Shown: positions 45,016 to 55,241 of the stretch, one piece after another
Layout: every line of letters begins with the position of its first letter
How positions within the stretch are numbered: the stretch's first letter is position 1
Sequence record: MZ475892.1
Length of the DNA stretch: 64,000 nt
Reading direction: 5' to 3' (one strand)
Program-made: the position numbers and the translations under genes
The notes under the pieces: generated by a model
Told to the model about the DNA's origin: nothing
Seen by the model: only the letters and a program-made list of their open reading frames with translations
Database searches by the model: none

Positions 45016-45933
45016 ATGATTGATTGGTCACAAGTAAACGTGAAGTGGGAAGAGGGCACTAACGGTGTTCACGTTCCCTATGTACTTGAGCGCGGCCCGA
45101 AAGGTCGTTTCGTAAAACGCTACCTGACTGACGCTGAGCAGAACGAATACAAACGTTCGCATCATAGTGCAAGCGTATCAGCCTCATCTGATCCAGTTAA
45201 TCTGAGCGCAGGTGAGGCTGGTCCTGTGGGTCCTGGTCCTTGTCCGCAGGGTCCTGCTAATGCATACGACCCAGCCCCTGAGCCTCTGTACGAAAGCGAT
45301 GTTGATCTGGGTGCTGCTACACGTCTGGCACGGCGTAGCACAACGCTGTTGCTGTCTGTGCAACGTCTATCTGCTGCGCTGTATGACTTCGGTCTGATCT
45401 ACGATAACTCGTTTGCAGAGATTATCAACCGCGCTAAATCGCTTAACCAAAATCAGGAAGCGGACTCAAGTTCGCCTACTCAGGCTGATTACAACGACAC
45501 TGATTCTAACTTCCTGCGTCTGGCTGGCTTGTTAAATCACTCGTGGTATATGGATCGCGGCGCTTCTCCTGCGCGTGTTATCGGTAACTATGCTGCACCA
45601 ACTCTGGTGACGTTGCAGTATCTGCTGGGTCTGGCGCTGCCTGATTCTGATTGCTGCATCCGTGCTTCTCACGACGAGCTGATGTTCCGCACCGATGCAC
45701 AGCAAGTGCCTGCGCTGGCTAACGATCTGCTGAACGAATACAACCACATTCAGTCATGCATCACTGCGCTGTGTCAGAACCTGGCGGGCCATGATATTCC
45801 ACAGTCTGGCGGCGACATGCAGTACCCACAGAATGCGTCTATCATCGAATACGTCAGCGGCGTTGATGATCTGATTAGCTATCTGGTTGAACGTGTTGAT
45901 GCCCTGTCTGAGATTATCGAAGGCACGATGTAA
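45016..45933 (+). CDS. hypothetical protein
   Basis: 305 aa, last gene of the + strand block. Confidence 0.8.
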   Translation: MIDWSQVNVKWEEGTNGVHVPYVLERGPKGRFVKRYLTDAEQNEYKRSHHSASVSASSDPVNLSAGEAGPVGPGPCPQGPANAYDPAPEPLYESDVDLGAATRLARRSTTLLLSVQRLSAALYDFGLIYDNSFAEIINRAKSLNQNQEADSSSPTQADYNDTDSNFLRLAGLLNHSWYMDRGASPARVIGNYAAPTLVTLQYLLGLALPDSDCCIRASHDELMFRTDAQQVPALANDLLNEYNHIQSCITALCQNLAGHDIPQSGGDMQYPQNASIIEYVSGVDDLISYLVERVDALSEIIEGTM

Positions 45934-45950
45934 CAACAGTTTGGACAAAT

Positions 45951-45988
45951 AAAAAGGGCGACTCTCAATCACGAGGGCCGCCCTTTTT
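45951..45988. terminator. bidirectional intrinsic terminator between convergent blocks
   Basis: AAAAAGGGCG...CGCCCTTTTT. Confidence 0.85.
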
Positions 45989-45991
45989 CGA

Positions 45992-46459
45992 TCACAACGC
46001 CAATCCAATCCCTATCGCTGCAACAATACGCGTAAACCAAATCTGCATGTTGGCCGACTTCTGGTCTTCTATACGCGCCTTCCTTTCTGCTGCTAAGTCT
46101 TCGGAATAACCGTTAGCACGCACCTCTTCGGCTTGTGCAAGTCTCAGCAACTTGTTGCGCTCATCAATCGTCAGGTTAAGAGTCTCAAGCAGCTTGTTAC
46201 GCTCCTCAGTTCTGTCCTTACCTGCCTTGTACAGATTTATTAGATCAACCATCCCTTTCTTGTCCAGAGTTGCCAGCTTCTGATCGTCAACTTGCTTGAG
46301 CACAATCTGAGGCTTGGCAGGAACCTTTTCTGCTTCCCACTGAACTTTGTTGATCTGCTGAACATCCTGCATGGTAGTCTTTTTCTGAGCATCAATGTTA
46401 CTCAGATTGGACGAACATCCGCACAGAATAAGGCACAACAGCACAATGATAGTTTTCAT
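45992..46459 (-). CDS. spanin-like lipoprotein with additional C-terminal hydrophobic helix
   Basis: MKTIIVLLCLILCGC lipobox; coiled-coil; C-terminal WFTRIVAAIGIGLAL. Confidence 0.65.
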   Translation of the reverse strand: MKTIIVLLCLILCGCSSNLSNIDAQKKTTMQDVQQINKVQWEAEKVPAKPQIVLKQVDDQKLATLDKKGMVDLINLYKAGKDRTEERNKLLETLNLTIDERNKLLRLAQAEEVRANGYSEDLAAERKARIEDQKSANMQIWFTRIVAAIGIGLAL

Positions 46460-46752
46460 AGCTTGTTGTATTTCTCCGCCAGATCATCCATAGAATCGTT
46501 TTCAGATGCGGGCTTAGGGTCAGTCTCAGGCTTCCGTTCGTTCAAGCCAGCCACAGCATCGTTGACAGTCTTGCTGTCTTGGACCTGATTGGCGATAGCT
46601 TGTTCTCGCGTATTCTCTGCGGCTTTCTCTTCACCTGACGCGGTTGATTCACTCGCTTTCGGACGTCGAAAGAAAAGTGCAGCAACAATCAACACGACTA
46701 CTGAGGCGAAAATCTTCCAGTACTTCTTAAAAATTTCAATAGCCTTCGACAT
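46456..46752 (-). CDS. putative i-spanin (Rz-like)
   Basis: N-terminal TM (WKIFASVVVLIVAALFFRR), hydrophilic helical tail, overlaps lipoprotein gene. Confidence 0.6.
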   Translation of the reverse strand: MSKAIEIFKKYWKIFASVVVLIVAALFFRRPKASESTASGEEKAAENTREQAIANQVQDSKTVNDAVAGLNERKPETDPKPASENDSMDDLAEKYNKL

Positions 46753-46761
46753 ACCAATCAC

Positions 46762-47082
46762 CTATTGGTTGTTATCGTTCTGATCAGTGTTCTGACCGTC
46801 AGCATCTTCTTTCTTTGACTTGGAGATTTGAGTGTTAATCAAGTTCTCTACCGTAAAAGCAAGAGAGAAATAGGTAAGATGATCTGTTTGGCCACTGCGA
46901 ATCAAACTAATCATCATGCCTGTAGAGACGCATAGTGCCGCGATACTTGCGACAGGATTGAGCGTCCAGTACTCTTTCCATCCCAAGTGTTCACGTCGCG
47001 TCTTAACGATATAGTTCATCAACACTCCGCCGATGTATGTGCAGGTGAAGGCGAAAATATCGGTATACGACAAATGCTCCAT
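46762..47082 (-). CDS. putative holin
   Basis: 106 aa with 2-3 hydrophobic segments and charged C-terminus, upstream of spanin-like pair. Confidence 0.5.
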   Translation of the reverse strand: MEHLSYTDIFAFTCTYIGGVLMNYIVKTRREHLGWKEYWTLNPVASIAALCVSTGMMISLIRSGQTDHLTYFSLAFTVENLINTQISKSKKEDADGQNTDQNDNNQ

Positions 47083-47103
47083 TGATCAATACTCCGTATC
47101 GAC

Positions 47104-47130
47104 AAAAGAAAAGGGAAGCCGAAGCCTCCC
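47104..47130 (-). terminator. intrinsic terminator
   Basis: Minus strand GGGAGGC-TTCG-GCTTCCC-TTTTCTTTT. Confidence 0.88.
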
Positions 47131-47137
47131 TCATGTA

Positions 47138-47377
47138 TCACAGCTGATCAGCGGTAATCTGACCTGCTTGATATAGTTCACGTTTGCGTTCTTTCCATGT
47201 AGATGATACTTCTGAGAAGAACTCTTTCAGACGGTCGTCATCTAGCTCGAACGGCTGATCAACGCCATACTTGGTACATAAGGCATTGAACGTGGATTGG
47301 TATTCAGATTGCAGTAAGGACTTACCAGCACTAACTGACGTATATTCCTTAGCTGCTAAAGCAACTCGAATTTGCAT
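47138..47377 (-). CDS. hypothetical protein
   Basis: 79 aa, GAGGAG RBS. Confidence 0.75.
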   Translation of the reverse strand: MQIRVALAAKEYTSVSAGKSLLQSEYQSTFNALCTKYGVDQPFELDDDRLKEFFSEVSSTWKERKRELYQAGQITADQL

Positions 47378-47404
47378 AACAGGCTCCTCGTATTAGACTC
47401 TAGT

Positions 47405-47410
47405 AAATTA
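47405..47410 (-). promoter_or_regulatory. TAATTT candidate late promoter element
   Basis: 28 nt before ATG 47377. Confidence 0.5.
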
Positions 47411-47412
47411 GC

Positions 47413-48018
47413 TTACTTGAAAGTAATAACGAGGTCGTTGATTACTGTGGCTTTCGACTGATCATTGCCTGTTGTAGCGTTGGCATAGACCTTACCACCA
47501 GCAATGCGAAGCTCTGCGCTGCTGTTCTCGTTACCCACTGAACCCACTGCAATGAAGTCGCAGTAGTATGAAGCGGTAGGCAAGCCTGTTGTCAGATTCA
47601 GCGCTAACGAACCACCAGCAACAAGCGCGAACCACGTAGGCGTTGCATCCTTAGTGATATAGCTGTTACGGGTGTCTGTGTTAGCAGCAACCAGTTTGGT
47701 GTTCATGGCGGCACCGAGAGTAATCGGTACGTTGCTTGCCATGAGAGTCATGTTAGGCTTTAAGCCACCAATACCACCAACGTAGTCTGCGTTGCGTGCG
47801 GTCAGGAACGAAGTCAGGTTCTGATAAGCTGCGTTCGAGCCTGCGTGCTGCGTAGCGCCGTTCAGGAAAGCATTCATCTCAGCTTTAGTTGGCTGAGTAC
47901 CTGTGAACAGCAACACTGCCACGTTCATTGAAGCATACGAGGTAGGCACAGAGCCAGACACATATGTTGAGATAGCGTTGCGCTGCATTGCGTTTGCTGT
48001 AGCTGGTAACATTCTCAT
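47413..48018 (-). CDS. putative virion protein, family A
   Basis: LFTGTQPT, ATPTWF, GSVGNENSSAELRIAGG. Confidence 0.8.
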   Translation of the reverse strand: MRMLPATANAMQRNAISTYVSGSVPTSYASMNVAVLLFTGTQPTKAEMNAFLNGATQHAGSNAAYQNLTSFLTARNADYVGGIGGLKPNMTLMASNVPITLGAAMNTKLVAANTDTRNSYITKDATPTWFALVAGGSLALNLTTGLPTASYYCDFIAVGSVGNENSSAELRIAGGKVYANATTGNDQSKATVINDLVITFK

Positions 48019-48920
48019 TACACACTCTCCAGGAAGTTATCAGCGATGCGGAACGACAGGTCAGGCACGGCTTGCTGTGTGAACTTACCGATGTTAGGCA
48101 CACCAAGCGTCATATCAGTAGGCACGTCAAGCACCAGACCGTAATAGTCGTCTGCAACGTTACCCAGATAGTTGTTCGCGCCAGAAGGCATAGCAAGCAG
48201 CAACGGAACCAACACAACGTGCGTGAGAGCAGCACTAACGTATTCACTGGACCGTTCTGCATATAGCGTGAATGACTGATAGGCTGTGGTTGCTGTCTTG
48301 CATGTGATGCGAATACGACGAGTAGTAATGTCCAAACCATCGTTCATGCCTTGAGCAAGCCCTGTGATTGACGTCCACACGTTGCTGCTGTCCAGATAGC
48401 TAATGTCAAACCAACCACTGCTTGGAAGCTGTGCAGAGTTAATCATCATACCACGTATATGCAACGAGCGACCGTAATCGTACTCAACCACATCGCCTAA
48501 CGCCCATGAAGGAGAAACAGGGCTGGTGAAGTCGAATGCGGCAGAGAGCTGTGCGCACACTTGCTGGGGCGTGTTGTTCGTACCAATAGCAGGCGTGAGG
48601 CGCGAATACTCAGGGTAAGTAGCAAACGTATCAACAGACGCACCAGCAATGAACTGAGTGCGTTTCTGGCCATAGCCGCCAATAGGAAGCATTGAACGAC
48701 CACGACTGAACTGACGAGTCAACAGACCATTAGCTTCTGTGCCTTGAGACTGGAACTTATATTCCACAGCACAACGTGAGCTTGCAATCAAGTCCATGAG
48801 TGTGCGTGGAATGGATGCGCTACTGCCGTTACGGAAGAAAGCAGCAAACCCGCTAGAGTTAGCGGCCGTGCCGACTGTCTGTAAGAACTGGTATAGCGCA
48901 ACTTTTTCAGAGACTAACAT
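48018..48920 (-). CDS. putative virion protein, family B (discoidin-like insert)
   Basis: VEYDYG, WTSI, RRIRIT. Confidence 0.78.
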   Translation of the reverse strand: MLVSEKVALYQFLQTVGTAANSSGFAAFFRNGSSASIPRTLMDLIASSRCAVEYKFQSQGTEANGLLTRQFSRGRSMLPIGGYGQKRTQFIAGASVDTFATYPEYSRLTPAIGTNNTPQQVCAQLSAAFDFTSPVSPSWALGDVVEYDYGRSLHIRGMMINSAQLPSSGWFDISYLDSSNVWTSITGLAQGMNDGLDITTRRIRITCKTATTAYQSFTLYAERSSEYVSAALTHVVLVPLLLAMPSGANNYLGNVADDYYGLVLDVPTDMTLGVPNIGKFTQQAVPDLSFRIADNFLESV

Positions 48921-48929
48921 CGTGCCTCC

Positions 48930-49460
48930 TTAGAGCTTGATGCGGATGTCAGATGGACGCACGGCAACGTTAGCTGTTACGGTACCGCCAACGATTTTAA
49001 GATCCGCTGTGGAGTTCTCATCGCCGACAGTTCCCCAGACCAACGCACTGCACGTAGTAGAGGCAGACCAGTTCGCAAACGCAGATCCTGCTGAGGCCGC
49101 TGCGCACAAACGCATCATGAACCAAGTAGGCGTACCTGACGTGGCAATCGCAAAGTTGTTAGCCTGTGAACTGAGAGGGATAACAAGCGACAGCGCATCT
49201 GGGTCGATAGTCGGTACGATAGACAGGCACGCTAGGTCACCGAGAAAGTTTGACGCTGTAGCGAAAGGTGCAACCGCAGCAGCCGTCCACGTAGGCAGCT
49301 GGCTGGAGCCCAACAGAGCAAGGATCTGATCGTCTGTAGGCATAGTTCCGTTGAACAGACCTACATGCAGCACGTTGTCCAACATAGTTGAGTTAGGAAC
49401 AAAACGCAGCAGCAGGTTGACCAAACTCTGGTTACTATTAAAAGAAGCAGATACACGCAT
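48930..49460 (-). CDS. putative virion protein, family A
   Basis: LFNGTMPT, GTPTWF, GTVGDENSTADLKIVGG; TAATG coupling. Confidence 0.8.
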   Translation of the reverse strand: MRVSASFNSNQSLVNLLLRFVPNSTMLDNVLHVGLFNGTMPTDDQILALLGSSQLPTWTAAAVAPFATASNFLGDLACLSIVPTIDPDALSLVIPLSSQANNFAIATSGTPTWFMMRLCAAASAGSAFANWSASTTCSALVWGTVGDENSTADLKIVGGTVTANVAVRPSDIRIKL

Positions 49461-50524
49461 TAGTAGTTCTCCAGAGTTACAGGACGCAGGTTGATAACAA
49501 GACTCGGGCACAGTTGTTCCTGTGCAGGAATCACAGTAGCGTCAGGCATAAGAATGTCGTTTGACGCAGAGACTTTCAGATCGTCTGTCACGCTAAGGCC
49601 AAAGTGGTTGAAGACGCGTCCGTAGTTATACCCAGACTGGTTCGACACCGCAGGGATAGCAGTGAATGACGTGGCAAAAGCAAACAAGCATCCCACCATG
49701 TGACCGATTTTACTCAGGGTACGCGGTGAAGTGCCTGAAACGTAGTCGCCATAGAAGTGCAGAGCAAACTGACCAAAGCCCGTAGACCACTGAGTCGCTA
49801 CGTTAGCAGCTTTAGTGACTAAACGGAAGCGACGGCCAGTAACAGTTGAAGGTAACTGGAAGTATTTCTCCGAGGCTGCGCTGGCGTTGAACAGGTTAGC
49901 TGTTACGCTAGTAACGTCAGTCCAGCTACTACCATTCTGCACCTGCAGGAAGACCATATACGGAGCAGATGAGACCAAGACGTTGTTGCTGCCTGTAGCG
50001 AACGTCAATGACGCCAGAGAGTTGATAGCAACATCAGCACCAAAATCGTACTCAGCAATCGTCCACGAACCATCTGTGTTCTGCACACGAGGTTGAGGTA
50101 GAGAAGCTGTAGCATTCGCTGGGAATGGCAGAAGGTTAGCGACGGTAGTTGATGCACAGCGGTGTGCCAGAATCGTGAAGAAGATTTGGTCTAACTGTAA
50201 GGCAACGTTGGTCAATGAGTTTTGCGACAGCACGTTCGCATAGTCTGTGCTATACGTAGGCAGATTCACTTTAGGCAACACGCGTTTGCCACGATAACCT
50301 TGAACAGTAGTCCACGCTGGTGCAGGAGATACCTGATATGCTGTCACTGTGTTCGGCGTAGCTGTGAACTGACCGCCACTTGGAGCCGCTGTAAAAGAAC
50401 GCGCAGACAGCATGTTGTTCAGCACTGTTTGTAGATCATAGTTCAAGGGGTCAGGCATAGCCCCCTCAAGGAATGCGCCGTAGATTTGCTGCGTGGTACT
50501 CGAATTAAATGGAGCGAGTTTCAT
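49460..50524 (-). CDS. putative virion protein, family B (discoidin-like insert)
   Basis: AEYDFG, WTDV, GRRFRLV. Confidence 0.78.
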   Translation of the reverse strand: MKLAPFNSSTTQQIYGAFLEGAMPDPLNYDLQTVLNNMLSARSFTAAPSGGQFTATPNTVTAYQVSPAPAWTTVQGYRGKRVLPKVNLPTYSTDYANVLSQNSLTNVALQLDQIFFTILAHRCASTTVANLLPFPANATASLPQPRVQNTDGSWTIAEYDFGADVAINSLASLTFATGSNNVLVSSAPYMVFLQVQNGSSWTDVTSVTANLFNASAASEKYFQLPSTVTGRRFRLVTKAANVATQWSTGFGQFALHFYGDYVSGTSPRTLSKIGHMVGCLFAFATSFTAIPAVSNQSGYNYGRVFNHFGLSVTDDLKVSASNDILMPDATVIPAQEQLCPSLVINLRPVTLENY

Positions 50525-50551
50525 ATTATGCCCTTGTGTTGAAGACACATC

Positions 50552-50557
50552 AAATTA
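50552..50557 (-). promoter_or_regulatory. TAATTT candidate late promoter element
   Basis: 28 nt before ATG 50524. Confidence 0.5.
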
Positions 50558-50590
50558 ATGTGTGCGGCACATATAGCACCGCACACAATC

Positions 50591-51121
50591 TTATACCTGG
50601 AACGACAGATCGAGGAAGCGATATGCCTGACTGGTCTTAATCGTGCCGCCGATGAACTGTAGTTCAGCATCAGAGCCTTCTGCACCAACAGTGCCGATAA
50701 TCACAGGCCCTGCAAGCAGCGTACCAGGAGAAGACGTTAGCATGAAGTTAGCCCACGAAGCCACAGCAGCCGCACCAGCAGCGGCAACGATACGAGCTAC
50801 GAAGTAGGTAGGTGTACCATCAGCCACGCCAACAAGTGTACGACTACTACCCGCAAGAGGCAGAGAGATTGTACGAGATGAAGGGTTGACAGAAGGTGTA
50901 AGGTTATCAATGGCGATAGAGCCAAGGAAGTTAGCCTGCGTCAAACCTAAACCTGTACCACCCAGCACGTTCCAACCCGAAGTCAGAGACATAGCCATGA
51001 GATTTTTCATCTGAGGCTTAGTGCCTTTAAACAGACCGATATGCAACGTATTTGCAGCAATTGCGGTAGCGGGAAACACTGAGTTCAGTTGAGCCAAAGA
51101 AAGGCCACGGTTACTAATCAT
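50591..51121 (-). CDS. putative virion protein, family A
   Basis: LFKGTKP, GTPTYF, GTVGAEGSDAELQFIGG. Confidence 0.8.
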   Translation of the reverse strand: MISNRGLSLAQLNSVFPATAIAANTLHIGLFKGTKPQMKNLMAMSLTSGWNVLGGTGLGLTQANFLGSIAIDNLTPSVNPSSRTISLPLAGSSRTLVGVADGTPTYFVARIVAAAGAAAVASWANFMLTSSPGTLLAGPVIIGTVGAEGSDAELQFIGGTIKTSQAYRFLDLSFQV

Positions 51122-52194
51122 ACGCCTCTCCCTACGATTGCGTCAGCACGAACTTTGAAAGCAGGTACAGGCACGTCCGTAAACTTATCCAGCGTGTAAG
51201 TTGCGTCACGCATGTAAATATCCGAAGTCGCGGCTTTCGTCAGGTCATCTGTGATAGTCACGTGGAACATCGCGCAGTAACGGCCAAGCACTGTAGTAAT
51301 AGCAGCAGGATAGTTGAAAGCCCACTCAGTGGTAGTAGTATAGCCCGCGGCAGGGATTACATGCAGCATAGTCATGTGCTTGTACTTGCCCAATGTACGT
51401 GGCTTGGTAGTGGTATAGTTGCCAAAGAAATGCAAACCAAACGGATAGTGACCAACAGTAGACCACGGGAAGGTCGGGTTCTTATTCACTACGCGGAACT
51501 TCTGCGCTTTAACAGAAGCAGGAAGAACGTAATGATTCGAACCGTAGTTAGTGGACACACGGGTAGCTGCGTATACGTCCACTGCATCTATCCACTGCCC
51601 GTCAACTTGAGCCTGCAAAATAGTTTGCTGGGTATTCGTTATCATGTACGTGCTGTTGGTAGAACCACATGTTGTGCCGAGGATGCTCTTGAGTTCAATC
51701 TCTGCACCGAAGTCGTACTCAGCACACAGCCACCAGCCTTCCGCAGTTGTGTTATAGATATTACTTAACACGCGGTTGCCTGATGTAGAGAAGGCAACAA
51801 TCGTATCAAAGTGATGCGCAATCATCGCAGCAGCTACAGCCTCGTTGTAATACTGAGCCTGAATAGAGAAACGCTGATCGATAGGTGCGAAACGAATTTT
51901 AGGCACGATACGCTTAGCACCAGCAGGCACGGCAATAGCTGAGTTACGTGCAACGGTTTCGATCCAAGAAGGAACAAAGTTGTTACCGCTAAACGTTGTA
52001 TTGCTAATGCTTGGCGTAAACTGAGAAGCGATTGGCGATCCAATACGCGCCATGTTAAACAGACGTATAGCAACAGCTTCATTGAATGCGCTGTGAATCC
52101 CTTTCTCACCATCGGCAGGAGCATCAGTATCATAGAGCAGACCAAAATACTGAGCGTTGCCTGACAGCAGAGGGTTGTACGGTAGAATCTCCAT
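51118..52194 (-). CDS. putative virion protein, family B (discoidin-like insert)
   Basis: AEYDFG, WIDA, AQKFRVV. Confidence 0.78.
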   Translation of the reverse strand: MEILPYNPLLSGNAQYFGLLYDTDAPADGEKGIHSAFNEAVAIRLFNMARIGSPIASQFTPSISNTTFSGNNFVPSWIETVARNSAIAVPAGAKRIVPKIRFAPIDQRFSIQAQYYNEAVAAAMIAHHFDTIVAFSTSGNRVLSNIYNTTAEGWWLCAEYDFGAEIELKSILGTTCGSTNSTYMITNTQQTILQAQVDGQWIDAVDVYAATRVSTNYGSNHYVLPASVKAQKFRVVNKNPTFPWSTVGHYPFGLHFFGNYTTTKPRTLGKYKHMTMLHVIPAAGYTTTTEWAFNYPAAITTVLGRYCAMFHVTITDDLTKAATSDIYMRDATYTLDKFTDVPVPAFKVRADAIVGRGV

Positions 52195-52201
52195 AATGTC
52201 C

Positions 52202-52783
52202 TCAGCTAAAAGTTATGTTATTGAGAACGATAGGACCGCTCAGTGTATAGGTACCATCACCGTTGTCAGTCAGAGTCGCACCCATCTGAGTCAGGTCAGC
52301 AGGCGTAAGCTCAACAACTGAGGGTATCGCAGTTGTTGTACCGATGGCGGCAACACCACTAAGGAACAAATACATGCGATTGAACGGTTGCGTGTATGTG
52401 ATGCGACCCAAGTTCTGAATCAGAATATCCAACATGCGAGTACCATCACCCTGATTGATGATACGCGCAGCGTTAGAACTGGAATTCACGACTGCGCTCA
52501 TCGTACAGTTAACGCCAGCAGCATTCAGCGCTGTGCTCAGAGCATTGATCGTGATGTTCGACGCATACAGCGTATTCCAAATAGAGTCTGGAATGGTATC
52601 GCCTGTAGAGAAAAGAATAGCTGCTCCTACTTCTGTACTGTAAGGAGCGCCGCCACCTTGCACAGCAACAGCATTATAGGGAGTCACTAGTGCTGGCACC
52701 CAAGGCGCATCCACTGGAGAACTTGAGTTGTTAGAACTCAGAGCATCACCACGCATGTTCATCATGGCTTTAGAAATATACAT
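52202..52783 (-). CDS. putative virion protein (divergent family A position)
   Basis: 193 aa, LFSTGDTIP, coupled to family B gene. Confidence 0.7.
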   Translation of the reverse strand: MYISKAMMNMRGDALSSNNSSSPVDAPWVPALVTPYNAVAVQGGGAPYSTEVGAAILFSTGDTIPDSIWNTLYASNITINALSTALNAAGVNCTMSAVVNSSSNAARIINQGDGTRMLDILIQNLGRITYTQPFNRMYLFLSGVAAIGTTTAIPSVVELTPADLTQMGATLTDNGDGTYTLSGPIVLNNITFS

Positions 52784-53685
52784 CAGCTACTCCTTGTGGT
52801 GAAGCGCAGCTTAGGACAATACATGATTGTCTTCTGGTTAGGAATAACGTCGCCCACGATCTTGAATGGACCTGACGTACCGCACGCACCAGCCGCAAAC
52901 ATAATGTCATCAGAGTAGTCAATGCTACCATGAGTGAACGTATTGCAGTGAGTGAAAGCAGCCCACGTAGGAGCAGTTGCAGCAGCGCTTGGTGCAGCAT
53001 CTACGGAACTCAACAGGATACGAGGCATGGACGCAGTGGTGCCTGAGTATTTGAAGCGATAGCGCTTAGCCGCACGTGGCGTAGACAGAGCGAGACAAGT
53101 AGCCTCACCAGCAACAGCCGTAGCACTACCTAACGCATATTCAGTCGCACCATCGTCAGACAACGCCACCAGCGTAAAGCCATCAGAAACAGTGCCGAGG
53201 AATTTGATGTGCGTTACAGTAACCGCAGTATCAAACTCAATGTCCGTATTGCTCGAAGCGAAACGTGAATACACGGACGCTACGGACCCAACGCCAAGAG
53301 GCAGCGTGATGTTTCTGTCAGTGAATCCGCTACGCGTAATGCGATTAGGCAGAAGCTGATTAACAGCGAGCGCAGCAGTACCCACAGTGCCGTAATACGA
53401 AACGCCTTTAGGTATGTACTGCGACTGTAGAGCAAGCGCAATAACGTTACCGTTTTCTGTTCCTGTCACAGGATTACGCACGATACCAATCGCTTGGTTG
53501 TACATGTCCGCAAGTGACTTCTGGTTGAAAGCCGCAGCGAAGCCCGCATCAGATGTAGGCAGCTTACCGCTAAATGCAAAGATATTCCAGCCGGCGCCTA
53601 CGTTCGGGTCATTCAGGACACCAGCTACGTTTGAGGCCGACCCAACAACTGCTTGAGCCATTTGGCGAGTATTGATGATTTTCAT
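52783..53685 (-). CDS. putative virion protein, family B
   Basis: FAFSGKLPT, IEFDTAV, AKRYRF, APTWAAF. Confidence 0.78.
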   Translation of the reverse strand: MKIINTRQMAQAVVGSASNVAGVLNDPNVGAGWNIFAFSGKLPTSDAGFAAAFNQKSLADMYNQAIGIVRNPVTGTENGNVIALALQSQYIPKGVSYYGTVGTAALAVNQLLPNRITRSGFTDRNITLPLGVGSVASVYSRFASSNTDIEFDTAVTVTHIKFLGTVSDGFTLVALSDDGATEYALGSATAVAGEATCLALSTPRAAKRYRFKYSGTTASMPRILLSSVDAAPSAAATAPTWAAFTHCNTFTHGSIDYSDDIMFAAGACGTSGPFKIVGDVIPNQKTIMYCPKLRFTTRSS

Positions 53686-54143
53686 TATCCCACCACCGGT
53701 GCAACAGGTTTGTTGGTAACTTTCGTGTCGGACAGATCGAGATTACCTGTCTGCACACGAAACACGATGTTATCAAACAGCACGTCCAGTGTTGCTGTTG
53801 TGACGAACTGGCCACACACCACAGGCGCGTACTGCACAGGCGCTGGTGGGTTTGAGTTGAACGACTCAGGCATAAACTTAGACTGAGACTGCGTAGCCAG
53901 CACAGGTTTAAGCGTCAGAGTATCAACAGCCGCAGTACGCTTGCGCTGAATGAGCGACCACACATTCGCACCCAGCGTTAACGAAATGGCGGTAGCGCTA
54001 GTACGCGTCAGACTAATAGCAGACTGGTTTTCGTTGTCGTACTTACGGTTAGGCTGAGAGGAGCTGCTAATCTCTTGCTGTGAAAGCACGAACGTAAAGT
54101 CCGCAAACATATCTGGGTCATATGTGACGACAGGAATAAACAT
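53685..54143 (-). CDS. putative virion protein
   Basis: MFIPVVTY N-terminus shared with 56208..56855. Confidence 0.7.
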   Translation of the reverse strand: MFIPVVTYDPDMFADFTFVLSQQEISSSSQPNRKYDNENQSAISLTRTSATAISLTLGANVWSLIQRKRTAAVDTLTLKPVLATQSQSKFMPESFNSNPPAPVQYAPVVCGQFVTTATLDVLFDNIVFRVQTGNLDLSDTKVTNKPVAPVVG

Positions 54144-54145
54144 CG

Positions 54146-55240
54146 TTACACTCCTTGGCGAATGCTGTATTTGTCAATGATAGGCGTGTAGGCCGCATTC
54201 GCACTTGAACCATAACCGCCTGTAACGATACTTCCAGTAACATTCGGCTTAACAATCGCATACGTGAAGCTATCCACAACAGTACCGTTGATGGAAATAG
54301 TATGGATGTTTGACAGTGCGTTATACACATACTTGATGTGGACGTTGCTAGTGGTTTTCATCGCGGCATACGCAGCAATAGGACGAACCACTTTAGCAGC
54401 AGCCGCACCGCCACCTGAGTTATTCCACAAAAGGAAGCCTTTCTCGTTCGAGCGGTCAAAGGATAGCGTCAGTCTGTCAGTTAACGTGGTGCCCATCTTG
54501 AGCAGCGTGAACTCAGAGTAGTCCGTAGTGCTTGACTGACGATAATCAAACTCAATGGTGAATGACTGACTCAGATCGATATTGGACGTGAGAGACATAA
54601 CGCCTGTCGTGCCTAAATCGATACCAGCAGCACCGTCAGCAGGAGCTTTAGCGTTACCACTTACGGTCGCCGTTGCGCCGAGATAGTCAGCAAAGCTGGT
54701 GGCTCCTGGCGTCCACAAGGAACTATCAAGCGCTACAACTTCGGAACCACCAAGCCATGTCGCTGTCGTGTTCTCTACCCACATGTTGGTCAGTGGAATA
54801 GTGAAGCTGTTGATCGTAATCTGCGTCTTATATCCCGCTGCATCGTACTTGATGTTCAGGTCAGGATAGAGCAGAGTAACGTCCGTTCCTACAGTCAGAC
54901 ACACAGGCAAGATGCCACCCAGAATAAGATGAGTAGGTACGCCTTCTGCAACTGCGGTCAACAGACAATCAGACACCGAAATCTTCTGACGGTCGATAGT
55001 GCGAACGCAGTTGGTGCCTTTAGCCAGCACAGTACAGATACCGCTAGACGCTGCTAGTGCTGCATCAAACGAGTAACCTGCACCAGTCTGTGTCTGATAG
55101 TTAAGGCACTTATTAATGTCTGTCTCAGTGAATCCGTTGTTGAGACGAACGAGATAACAGGACTTATCGTCGGCAGTAGCCTGAGCAAACAGACGAGTAA
55201 GCTGAGGTACGGCAGATGCTGCAAATAAACTGTATTTCAT
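54146..55240 (-). CDS. putative virion protein with C-terminal LamG/ConA-like domain
   Basis: ATG 55240 with GAGG RBS; SFTIEFDY...YVYN...ISINGTVV...IIDKYSI. Confidence 0.75.
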   Translation of the reverse strand: MKYSLFAASAVPQLTRLFAQATADDKSCYLVRLNNGFTETDINKCLNYQTQTGAGYSFDAALAASSGICTVLAKGTNCVRTIDRQKISVSDCLLTAVAEGVPTHLILGGILPVCLTVGTDVTLLYPDLNIKYDAAGYKTQITINSFTIPLTNMWVENTTATWLGGSEVVALDSSLWTPGATSFADYLGATATVSGNAKAPADGAAGIDLGTTGVMSLTSNIDLSQSFTIEFDYRQSSTTDYSEFTLLKMGTTLTDRLTLSFDRSNEKGFLLWNNSGGGAAAAKVVRPIAAYAAMKTTSNVHIKYVYNALSNIHTISINGTVVDSFTYAIVKPNVTGSIVTGGYGSSANAAYTPIIDKYSIRQGV

Positions 55241-55241
55241 G

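Noticed and set aside
561-45747. Numerous 60-190 aa alternative-frame and antisense ORFs in the track
   Set aside because: They overlap better-supported genes, lack RBSs and show no recognisable motifs.
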